From: Basidiobolus meristosporus CBS 931.73
Lineage: Eukaryota; Fungi; Basidiobolomycota
Length of the DNA: 64,000 nt
Direction of reading: 5' to 3'
NCBI GenBank assembly: GCA_002104905.1
Contig: MCFE01000452.1
Span: 1 to 64,000 of the forward strand
The translations under genes and the position numbers were made by a program. This document shows, in pieces, positions 23,913 to 35,706 of the stretch. Numbering within the stretch: position 1 is the stretch's first letter; each line of letters begins with the position of its first letter. The notes beneath the pieces were generated by a model. The model was not told the origin of the DNA, searched no databases, and saw only the letters and a program-made list of their open reading frames with translations.

Positions 23913-26900
23913 CTACTGCTGGTTCTGTATAATGCTACCATACCAATTTACCAAATTGTATTTCCTTTTTCTACCTCCCCTTGTGCAGTTTATATATTTC
24001 ACTGTAGAATCACCCCTCTTTATTTGCTTACCTACAACTACCTGGGGTATTCCACATAGAGTTGAATCAGAAAAAACTATGGCCTCCTGCTTACTAACCT
24101 CTACAAATGCGCACACCTGCCGCAATTGACATACTTCTACCACATCAACTTTACAGCTTTTTAGTGTGATACTTGCAAAGTTGCCATATACCTTGTACTG
24201 CAGGTAGCATATACATCTTGCAAACATATGCTTGGTTGTTGCCACTTCTGCCATGAATACCGCCTGAATTTCTGCAAAGTACTTCTTGGTATTTAGCCAA
24301 TATATTCCTTCTCCCTGCTGGATTCTAATCCCCTGTATAGGTGTTCTCTGGCTTTGTTTTTGTGAATTCCATATTGAAAGGTGTAGAAGTTGGCTTGTGA
24401 CCATGAGAAATCTGGCATATCTTGGTAGGGTTTTCCTTATAAAAATTAGTTGCTTGTTGCACCCAACCCAACTTTGCATTACTTAACTGATAACCCATGC
24501 ATTGGGGCTGCTTAGATTCTTAATGCCATAGGCATAACTGTCTCCATGTGCACATTTGTCCTCAGTATTTTCCAACTCTTTCTGTCTGTCCTCCATGTGC
24601 TAACTCATCACATCCATGATGGACTTGAAGGTAATATTCTTGATGAGATTGGGATATGGTAGTACTTGCAACTTGACTTGTCTTCCTATCTTCCCACACA
24701 CCTCCTCCATAAAAAACTCCCAAAAGGTGAAGCAAGGCCCAATACTCTCCACACACTGTGCAAGATGGAGTAGAGAATGGATACAGTAGTGGCAGAGATC
24801 TACATATTCAGCTTTATGTTTGTAGTATAGCCGCTCTAATCCTGTCACAAACTCCTCACAGAACAGCTGTAGATGCATCATATTGGCATTGGTCATGCGC
24901 TTCTGGATAAATATTCCTACAATGTCCACATATGACTCCCAATGCTTCCAGTGTACTCTTGGTAGGAATGGCTTCAGAACACCACTTGAACAAATAAATA
25001 TCCAGTTCATCCAGTCTTTGCATTTGAATTTTTGCATATGCATATGAATATTGTTTGGAGCCCATGATAAGTACTTAGGGTAGCAGGTACTGGGTAATAT
25101 ATTGCCAATGCATTCAAATTTTCTGGTATCTCAAAGGGCTCATTTAGCTTGAAATACCACATGTACAACTTGGTCAACAGTATTGGGATATTGTTGAAAA
25201 GCAAATGCTTTGCTCCCAGTGGAAAGCTTTTGCACCAACAGATACCCTCTATCTTAAGTATCTCTGGTTTCCAATTCATTCTATATTCTGGCCAATGGCT
25301 TATAGCTTGCCAACTCTACTGCAAGTGCATGCTTACTTCTGTACATTCTCTCTGTGGAAAGATGAGGTTCTTAGTGCTGGTGTTTGGATAATAATAATGG
25401 GTGTGAGTTATGGAGTAAATCCCCTGGATCTCACACATTCAACAGCAATACTGTCCATTGTGCCCAGAAAAACCTGCTATCTTACTGATGGCTGGGGTAT
25501 CTCCAATGCAGATAATAATATGTGCATTTACATGATGGCCATTGACCGTTATCCTGCTGGAAAGCATACAAAGTTCATCCAGCAATGCATACAGGTAGCT
25601 ATCCAGGTTGGATGGTGATTTAGGCTCAGATACTGGTAAGACTACCATCAGATTATAGCTCTGATACTGTAAGATGGGCTGCAGATTCAGATAAATGAGA
25701 ATCAGTGGCCTGCAGGATTTGCTGGTAGAGTACTTGTTTAATGAGAATCCATCAAGTGCTAAGGCAAAGGCATGGTCTTACATACCTTCAAAGTAGCCCT
25801 TGCTTCTTAGGTGTTTGTAATGTTTGCAATGAATATATTGGTTACATTTGCGCTTGCTTGATACTGAGTGTGGTACTGTATAGCTTTGCAGTATTTGTTG
25901 GACTGCATCAGCTTCCTCAGATGGGGTATGACCGGAATATATACATAGTGTGAACAATGTTTTCCCTCAATGGTGGTGGATTCCTGACAATTTGGACACA
26001 TTGCAATGGTAGCATTTTTGGATGTGAATGCCATGCAACTGTTAACACATGCTGGAATCAGGACAGTCTCTGGATCATATGTTGCAAGCTGCATGACAGT
26101 TGTCCACTTGTACCATGTACATGGTAAGTTGCATCCTGGTATGATTTTGGCAAGAAGTAGTATCAAATCCTCAAAGCCCCCATTGCGGTGTGGTGGTGTA
26201 TAGGTCCAAGGGAGAGATACATCCAACACTTCTCAAGTGTTTTGTGTGTGGGGTGTTCACTGGGTGCGATAACCTCTGGCAAAAGCTTGCTAGGAATACT
26301 TGGGTTCTGTTTCTAATCTAATATGAAGGGGAATAAAGCCACAAGCTTGTCAAGGGAAAACTATTGAGCTACAATCCCCAACTTAATTAGCGTCTTAACA
26401 AAAGTATGTGCTGGGTTCAGCGTCCTTTGAGATGACAATGTACTAAAGCTTCCAAAGTCAAAACAACTGTAAACTCCTCCAGCAGGGACTTGATAAGAAT
26501 GCAGCTGTGGTCAATAGTTACAAAGACAGAAAAGTATCTTTGCCTGTAGAAGAACAAACTTGGGAAAGAATCAAATATGATAAAAGATACCTACTCTGAG
26601 TATTCCTTGCAAGTAGTGCCTCCAAGGTCAGTTGGCTGTCAGCACGGTTTCCTGGGAGTGTCCTATGGTCTGGGGTTGGAAGTTCAGGTAGCAGCAGGTA
26701 GCAGTGATCACACTAATCAACAAGTTGGTATATTGATAAAAGGGATGATGATTTATTGTTGAGGGATAGCCTCCCTTATATACTTTTCTTACCGGCTAAG
26801 TGATTACTAATCATGGTGTTCCAGAAGGTTCCAGATATCAATAGAAATCTTAATGACATCAGAATGACCTAAGAATGCTCTAAGTATGTGCCGGAAGGTT

Positions 26901-27920
26901 CTAAGAGGCACAGCACATCCAACCAATCAGGAATCAGTATTCTGAAACCTGTGTAACATGGGGATACCATATATGGTATGGCAATGTTAGGGATGGTGAC
27001 ACGGGTTGATCATGTGTCACAGGTACTGGCACGGGTACTTGCCTAACATAGAAGTACTTATAGCTAGTAATCTTACATAAAGTGAGGGGTAACTTATGCA
27101 ATAAGGTAAGCAGGTGTGATAGTCAACCGGCTTATGGGATAGTACTGATTGGGTAAGACAAATGGGATAAAACTAAAATAAGTGTAGTAGAGATATAGGC
27201 AAGTAGAAAATAAGGGTATGAGCACATCTGTCAGTGGGTGTCACTGTCACCCCATTACAGTGGATGTTAGTGGAAACGTGCCACTTTTCTAGCCACAAAA
27301 TTACATCATTCACCAGTAAATGGATTACTAGGCTTACTTGTCTCCATAGAGTATCCTTGGCATTTGTTTTAACAAGTGTTGTCTCATTGCACATAGGGAT
27401 TTGACCAGCTCATATGTGGTACTTTTGTTAGGGGAGGTAGGCTCAAAATCAATCAGTAAACCTTCTTTGTCAGAGCTATCACTCTGCATGCCATATTCAG
27501 AAGGCTGAGGTGAGACTAAAGGTGTCACAAACTCAACTGACTCAGTTTGCGCAAGGTGACCAAGATGGCCAGGTGATGATATAGAAGTATCAACCGGCTG
27601 GCAAGATAATGTTGGCACAGTAGAGACCAATGAATGATCATATATGACTTGGGTGGCAAAACACTGGCTGTGATCCTTGTAACACTTCCTATACTGTCTG
27701 CATGCATTATGGCTGAGAGGCTTGCCACAATAGACACATGCACTTTTTTCTCTTCTTTTAAAGCATTGGGTCAAAGTAGTCCTGTCCATGAGGCAAACAG
27801 TTTGACCTTCAACAACATAATGCTATTATATTACCTTTTGGTCAATACTCATGTGAGTTTAAAACAGTCTTGTATTTGAGACATTGCATCTACATGAATG
27901 TAAGATTCAATGATGACCTG
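23913..27920 (-). pseudogene. CACTA-like transposase (copy 4), interrupted by an insertion
   Basis: ORFs 23913..24479, 24600..25043, 25439..25648, 25807..26229 and 27334..27789 are homologous to 14383-17323. Confidence 0.88.
26184..27249. mobile_element. 1066-bp LTR-like insertion, apparent 6-bp TSD CCCCAT
   Basis: TG...CA ends. CCCCAT at 26178-26183 and 27250-27255. Host transposase rejoins across it. Confidence 0.7.
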
Positions 27921-28011
27921 CCATAGAAAGCATTATAAATAAAGTTGTGGCGCCACATACACACATATATGTAACACTATTTCCCCTTTGGTTTGACTCA
28001 CTTCCATATAT

Positions 28012-30071
28012 ATACTGCCACAAAATAAAGCAAAGCTGTCTGGTTCTCAACCAAACCCCACTGATGATGGCAACAGTAGAACAGTTGAACAACAGCTTGC
28101 TTTGACACTCAGTGCAACAAGCAGGGCTATATCCAAAAAAGGTCCTGTGGACAGTGTGCCCATTGAAGTTAATAATGCGGACTGCTCAGGCTCTCTGTCA
28201 AGTAGGCAATTGAGAACCTCTGCAGACCCACCAGCTGACTGTTATGCTTAGGTAGATGAGAATGTGGCAAATGCAGTACCCTCAATTGAAGATCAGCAAG
28301 TGGCCATGGTAACATCACCACCACCCATATTAGCAAGTATGTTGTCAGCTCATACCAAAGCATTAATGAGGCAATTTGGTGCAGTGGCTTATAGGATAGA
28401 TTCAATGGCCCAGAGAAATCAGGAAATAGTCCGGAAACAGAATGAGTAGATAATACATATAGAGAAATCAGTATCCAGGTAGAGAATACAGTATCTTTGC
28501 TGCAAAGAACAAACTCAAGTTGCTCAATGTCACAGCCAAGAATTGAGCCATTTCCCAATGTAACAGCAGAGGAACACCATACAGTCTTTGAAGCACAACA
28601 TCAGTGCGCAAAGATAAAGCCCACAGAAGAACCTGTCACAGCTAGGGAGGGAGTCAATGTAGTGTTTATACCAAAGCCTAAAAATCAAAAGAACTTGAAG
28701 ATCTGTGAAGCTGTTGAGTGCAATAATGAAGAGTGGACTAATATACAAGAGGTCATCAGAAGCCTAGCACACCATCACCTTAAGGCCAGCATACCATGGG
28801 ATCATCAGGAACTTGAGGCTAAGCAGAAAGCACTTGATTTGTTCCATGAGCATTGTCCTAAATTCTAGCGGGCAAACAGATTTAGAGCCAGCATTGGTAT
28901 GCTAAGAAAGTATCTTAAGAATAGTAGAAACTATCAAACGCAGAAGAACAAGGGTGCCATGGCTAAAAACCAGCAGCTTCCTCAAGAGCCCATTACAAGC
29001 AGGGCCAAACACTCCAGATGAGCATCAAAGAGATGTCAGGTAGCTGGAAGAGTGCCAACTAGGAACAAGCAGGCAGACACAGATGCACCAGCACAACATT
29101 TATCAAGGAAAAAGTATAGTACCACTCAAGAAGCACACAGTCAAAGTAGCAGTGAAGGACATGGCATTGATAAAAACCAGCCGCTTTTACCGGAGCCTGT
29201 CACAAATACAATTGAGAGCTCAAACCAAGTGGAAAAGAAACGTCAGGTGGTCAGAAGAGTTCCAGCAAGGGACAAGCAGGCCAAAACAGATGTGTCAGAG
29301 CAGAATTTATTCAGGAGAAAACATAGTTTTTTACAAGAAGCACTCAGACAAAGTAGTAGTCAAAGACCTGGCAGTGATAAAGGAAAAGGTAAAGGGAAAA
29401 ATTTCTACCTTAGCCTGAGACAGGGAGGCATGCAAAAAAAACTGCAGTTCTTGCCAATTAATGCTGCAAGCCAGGAACAGACTGAATGCCATCACAGCCA
29501 AGAATAATTACCAACAAGAAAACAGCTGTTTTCAGAAGAGTTGGAATTGCAGCCAGTTGAACTACACTCCAGCAAGGTAGATGAGTTTGCTGAAAAAGGC
29601 GGTTCATCTACCACAGCCTCCATTATTGACAGAATGAAGGTCCCACTGACAGACAAGGCTACCACATCAACAGCTTGAAAGACTATCACAATGCCTTCAG
29701 TGGAGTTTTAGAACATTAATAGGCACACCAAGAGGTTGCAACATTTCTTCAAGAGCAGTGCTCAAGAAAAAGCACTGGAATATTGCAAGGATTTATTGCA
29801 AAGCCTGGCAGATGCGGAGCTAGACCTTGCAGTGCCAGATGAAGACCAGGATGTGTGGGAACCAGTGAATGAACAGTGGTGTAAAGCCATTGGGTTCCTG
29901 CCAAAGTTGTGGAATCAGTGCATTTCAGCAGAAATACTTATTGAGTAGTGGATTTGAATGGAGTTACTTGTTGAGTGTGGGGTTGGGCTTAATGTTAGTG
30001 TAGGGTATGGAGCCTTGTGTAGGTCAATACAATTGGCAGATGAGGTACAACTGAAGTTTTTATGGAAATAA
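28012..30071 (+). pseudogene. ORF2 (copy 4), uninterrupted extent ~2.06 kb (~680 codons), function unknown
   Basis: ORFs 28264..28449, 28497..28868, 29052..29507 and 29736..29948 form one decayed reading frame containing two ~69-aa repeats. Confidence 0.82.
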
Positions 30072-30749
30072 ATCAATTTGTATGTGTGAAAAGTAAGAGA
30101 AACAGTTGAGTCAGGAAATAAGGAGTGTAAAAGAGAGGCAATAGCCAATCAATTCACACAAATGTAAGAGGCAATAGAGTGTCTGGGATCAGAAAGTAAG
30201 CAAATTGGCAGTGAGCCAATCAAAAATCACTTATACATTTTGGTGATGAAAAATTTTGCCCAAGTTTTTTGTGAAATCTAGGGTGCAATTATTTTTTAAC
30301 GGCCTATGGACAGTGTCCCAACAAGATCAGTACCTTTTAGTCACAGGACTTTAACTTTGTGATGGCCTTTTGAAGGGATCATCTCAATAATTTTTTGTAG
30401 GGAGTACTTCTTATGGGCTCCAATTCATATTCATACCCATATGCAATAGTGCAAATACAAGAACTGGATGAACTCTATGTATATTAATTCAAATGACCCT
30501 CTGAAACCACTTCTACCAAAAGTACATTGGAAGCATTGGAAGTCATATGTTGGCATAGTTGGAAAATTTATCCAGAGTTGGACTTCCACTACCAAACTGA
30601 CACTTCAGCAGCCTTTATATAAGAAGTTTGTAATGGGATTTGAGCAGCTATACTATGGGTGTAAAGCTCAATGCATGGATTGCTACCATCACTGTATCCA
30701 TTCCCTACTCCATCTTGCTTAGTGTATGGTAAATATTGGGCCTTGCTTT

Positions 30750-31117
30750 TGTTACAAGTCTTGGTATAAGAGTTGTAGAGGAATAGGGAGTTTAGCTAGT
30801 ATTGTATTCACTAAAACTTGAACTGATTTTTATTGAGGTTCCAGCAGCTCCTTATATACATTTTGCCAGATCAATTGCTGACTAATTGTATTTCCTAATG
30901 TAGGTTGTGGCTGATGACTCATTTGATTGCATCATCATCACCCAATAAGATCCTACTTAATATATCTATTTCTGTCTGATAAGGATCTGCTGATTCATTT
31001 GCTGACTAATGCTACTGATTTCATAGATAATACTGATATACTGATAACCTAAACATATACTAATTGATTTGACTAAATACTGATCAAATTTACACATTCA
31101 AGCAGCAGATCATAACA
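30750..31117 (-). repeat. Solo LTR of the Gypsy family at 51443
   Basis: Reverse complement of LTR 51443-51810. Flanks CTTT/CTTA, an imperfect 4-bp TSD. Confidence 0.92.
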
Positions 31118-32399
31118 CTTAGCCTTCTGAGGTTTCCTATTGAGCAGATATATGGCAAGATAGGAAGACAAGTCAAGTTGCGGGTACTACTCTAACGCAA
31201 TTTAATCAAGATTATTACCTTCAAGTCTGTCCTAAATGCGATGAGTTAGCACATGGTGGACAGGCAGCAGGAGTTGTAAATTACCAAGGATAGGTCTTCA
31301 CAATGAAACACTTACACCTTTGGCAGTTAAAAGCTACACAGCCCCAATGTGTGGGTAACTAGTTAATTAATACAAAGTTGGTTTGGGCTCAACAAGCAAC
31401 CAATTTTTACTAAGACCACTTTACCAATCTATGCCAGGTATCTCCTGGTTACAAGTTAATTTCCACACCACTCAATAAAGAACTCACATGAACAAGAGCC
31501 AGAGTGCACCTATAAGGGGGACTAAAGTTCAGCAGGGAGGAGTAATATATTGATTAAATACAAAGAGGTTTATGGTGGATATTCAGGAGGTATTTATGGC
31601 AAAAGTGGCAGCAACCCAGTATAAGCTTGCAATATGTATATATTACCAGCAATACAAGGTATGTTGCAACTTTGCAAGTATCACACTAAAAACCCCAAAG
31701 TTGAAGTGAATGAAGTGTGTCAATTGGGGCAGGTGTGCAGGTATGGAGAGGGTAGTAAGCCAAAGGCCGTAGTTCTTTTTGATTCAACCTATAGGTGGAC
31801 CACCTAAGGTGATAGTGGGTAAGCAATTAAAGAGGGGTGATTCTACAGTGGAATATGTGAGCATTGCAGGTGGAGGTAGAAAAAGAAAACACCGTTTGGT
31901 AAATTGGTATTGTAGCAGTATACAGAGCTATCTGTAGGCCACTGTACTGCTACTTAATGCCAGCAGAGATTTGCAATGTGGCCGTCAGAATACTATGAAG
32001 TTTCTTGCCATAAATAGCAATTGGATGTATTGGCCAGCTAGGTCTGCTGAAATAAGTTAAGAGAGCATTAATACTGTTGGAATGCCAGGTAGTACTTGTC
32101 AAAGGACAACAAAAACACTCTCAAGTTTTTACTTATTTGGCAATATAATCTGCAAGATGCCAACTCATTCCTACCGTATGATTATATGGAGGGTCATTAA
32201 TTTCAAGCTGCCAACATTGTGACAGACTACTTGCAGGATCATGATGGCTGGTCTGGAATTGATCCACCTGGGGGATAAAAGCATTTTTCATAGAGACAGC
32301 CAGTATTGATCCAGAAGAATTAAACTTGGCTGCCAGAGCAACATTCCTGGTATAGTTAAGTCCTTTAACTTGAGAACTTTCTTTAGCCACTAGTCTATA

Positions 32400-33530
32400 T
32401 ATATATAAATGTAGAGCAATCAACATCATAGGTAGAGAGTGGAGTATCTTTGCTGCAATGAAGGAACTCAAGTAGTTGAGTGTCACAGCTCAGAATAAAG
32501 ATACTTCCCAATGTAACAGCAGAGACACACCATAGAGCCTTTGAATTACAGCAATGGTGCCCAAAGCATAGGCTAATACTCTAGAGGCCATTAGAAGTCA
32601 AGCATGGTATCATCTGAAGGCCATAATACACAAAGCTTACCCATGCTAGATATATTCAACCAAAATAAAAAATATGTGGTTCACACCAATTAACATCTTA
32701 AGTTCAGAACAGGCTGATTCCCTTCATAGCCACAAAGAATCTGCTAAAACAAAAGCTGCTGTCTCAAGAGTTGAAAGTGTAGCCAGTTGATGCGCACTCC
32801 AGTGAGATAGATGAGCTTGCAGAGAATGGCAATTTGTCTATCACAATCTCCACACCCTCCATTGTAGACAGAGTGCAGATCACACTGATAGACCAATCAA
32901 CAATGTCAAGAGCTTGAAAGACTATTGCAATGTCTACTGTCAGCTTGGAGGCAATAATAGGCTCAGCAAAAGGTTGCAGCACTTCTTCACAAGCAGTTCT
33001 TGAAAAAATGCACTCCAATAGAGCAAGAATACATTGCAAAAACTGGCAGATGAGGTGCCAGATCTTGCAGTGCCAGATGAAGACCACAACTTATGGAAAC
33101 CAGTGAAAGGATAATGGCACAAAGCCATGTGGTTCTTGCTAAAGTCATGGAATAAGTGCATTTTGGCTGATATACTTATTGAATGGTAGACCATGATGGA
33201 GTTGCTTGCTAAGCATGAAGCTGGGCCTAGTAATAGTGCTGGGTAGAATGATTTGTATAGGTCTGTACAACCTGAAAGCAAGCTCTAGCCAAAGATTGAA
33301 CAAAGATAAACCAGTTTATGCATGAAAAGTAATAGCATTGTTTCAATTACAGAGTAAGTATTGTGCAAAAGAAGCAATGTTCTACTAATGTAGACAAATG
33401 TAGGAGGTGATTGAATGTCTTGGATCCATAGTGAGACAATTGTCAGAATGCTAATCAACAGCCACTTGGGTATTGCTATGATAAAAAATCTGATCAAGTT
33501 TTTATCAAGTCTGAAATGTAATTTTTTCTC
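32400..33530 (+). pseudogene. Old ORF2 remnants
   Basis: 32440-32560 resembles 28490-28600, and 32750-33300 resembles 29510-30050. Confidence 0.65.
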
Positions 33531-34049
33531 CATGGTCTTTGCATAGTGTCCAAATAGCATCAATACCCCTCACTCACTGGATTTAAGATTTGTGACAGAC
33601 TTTTAACTGGATTATCACATTTATTCTTCATTGGGGCTGCTGCAATATGACCAGATTCATAAATCTGACTAGACTTGTCCTGATGGATGATGCCATATGG
33701 CGGCAGCCAGTTTGTAATACCCAGTCAAGCTGGCACCTTATGGCATTACTTTGCACAAGATTTTTTACAATGATGCCAGCGGTAGGATTTAGTTATTTGT
33801 AATTTTGGTTAATCTGGCTTGGGTTGTTTGGAAGGGTGCTTTTCTAGCTTTATTTACTCTGCATAATGCTCCAGACACAGGAATAGATAAGGAAGCTGGG
33901 TGCAAGCAACTGGATATGAAGCTTGTGCTGTTCAGATCAGGTGTGTCTGTTGATGTCTCCACTTTGGGAGCAAAGTGCAATTTGAATGAATAAAGGCCTG
34001 AAATGACTGTTTTATTTTTCCAGCATCCTGATACTGTCAATACCTCTTA

Positions 34050-35706
34050 GTTACAATATTTTAACTTTGTGCTGGTCTTTTGACAGGATACTCATACTTC
34101 AATTACATCAGAGTAGTGATTGGTAATCCTTGGCTAAGGCTTGTGAGACAAAACACTAATAGTAATCCTTGTAATACTTCTTATGCCATCTGCATGTTGC
34201 ATGAGCAAGAGACTTGTTACATTAGCCACATGATCTCTTTTCTCTACTTGTACGGTGTGGAAGCAAAAAAGTCTTGTCCATGGGGCAGATAGTTTGCCAC
34301 TTAACAACAAAGCCCCATTTTATGACTTTTTGAACAATACTCATGTGAATGTGTGACAGTTTTATACCTGATACATTGCACCAGCGTGATTATGAGATTC
34401 AATGCTAACCCACCATATATAGCCTTGTAGTTGAATCTGTGGTACCACCTATATGCATATTTGTACCACTATAACCCTTTAGCTGGACTCACCTCTATAC
34501 ACATGCTACAAAGAATATATCTCAGTTGGCTAGTTCCCAACCAAACTACACCACACTTAATTGCTAGCTTTGACATTCAGTGCAACAAGTAGGGCTACAA
34601 CCAATAAAGACCATATTACAACTTTTAAAGTATTTGAAATGATCCCATCAAAGAGATGTCATGACAGCCTTAGAGTGTTGCCATGCTAGAGATCCTACAG
34701 CCTCTTTACATTGGTTCATTTGTGAACAAAGCACTGAATAGCTTCACTGATCTTTCATGTCTTTTTGATATATGGGCTGGGGTTCAAAGTTCAAGGTCTC
34801 ACACTCACATGCAGCATTGGGTTTTTTACTGCAATCTATCCATGAATATTGCCGTTATGCTTCAAGGACTTTGTGGTATGCTTCTGCTGTTAAAATGGGA
34901 AAAAGCTTAATTCTTGGCTGTGACATTGAGCTACATGAGTTCCTTCTTTGCAGCATAACAGTGAATTATCCACCAGGGATATTCATCACTCTATATTAAG
35001 TCTCTGCTCCTCCTATTTCTATACTTTTCATGACTTTGCTGAGCCATTTCACCTATCCTATTAGCCACAGCACCCAATTGTCATACTGATGTGTTAGTAT
35101 AAGCTGAAAATATATTGATAGTGCTGGTGCTGCAAGGCCATGATTGTAATTTGCTGATCTTACACTGGAGGTATTGCATTTGCCACATTTTCATCTGCAT
35201 AAGCATCATGGACAACTTCCTGCTTCACAGAGATTTCAACTGCACACTTGACTAAGAGCCTGAGGAGTCTGCATTGCTACCTGGTGTGGGCACACTATCA
35301 TAGTAGTCTTCTTTGAATGAGGCTTTGCTTATTAAGCTGAATAAACTGACTTTGTCTTACTTTTGGCAGCATTTGAATAGAAGTGAGTCATACATAATGG
35401 AATGTAGTGCTACCTAAGTGCATATATATGGTGCCACAGAATTAATTATGATGCCCACTTTGACATGTTGTTGCTTAGTCTTATATTCATGCAAGTGCTC
35501 TGTCTCAGATACAGTACTGCTATAAGTTCACACAAGCATTGACAAAGAGTGATATAATAATGTTATATTGCTAGCAACTTAGCTGTTAGCCCCACGGACA
35601 TGCTTGCATTGATCAACATCATGACAGAAGGTCCAAATATTAATGTGGCTATTGCAACAAGCCTGCAGACAGTATAGGAAGTATTATAAGTATTGTAGCC
35701 AGTGTT
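34050..35706. mobile_element. Two very degenerate CACTA-like central fragments in inverted arrangement
   Basis: 34050-34620 resembles 27550-28130 and 34660-35700 resembles 13530-14650. Each spans the ORF2/transposase head-to-head junction. Confidence 0.6.

Larger units (their letters stand above)
23551..30402. mobile_element. CACTA-like element copy 4, complete, 3-bp TSD AGT
   Basis: CCCTATGAAAAATAAT at 23551 and ATAATTTTTTGTAGGG ending at 30402. AGT at 23548-23550 and 30403-30405. About 5.8 kb without the 26184-27249 insert. Confidence 0.93.
21246..32295. mobile_element. Older CACTA-like copy 3 (ORF2 -, transposase +), split by copy 4 and a solo LTR
   Basis: 21246-23550 and 30403-32295 join into one transposase colinear with 14383-17323. 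Inverted terminus ATTTTTCATAGAG ends at 32295. Confidence 0.8.
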
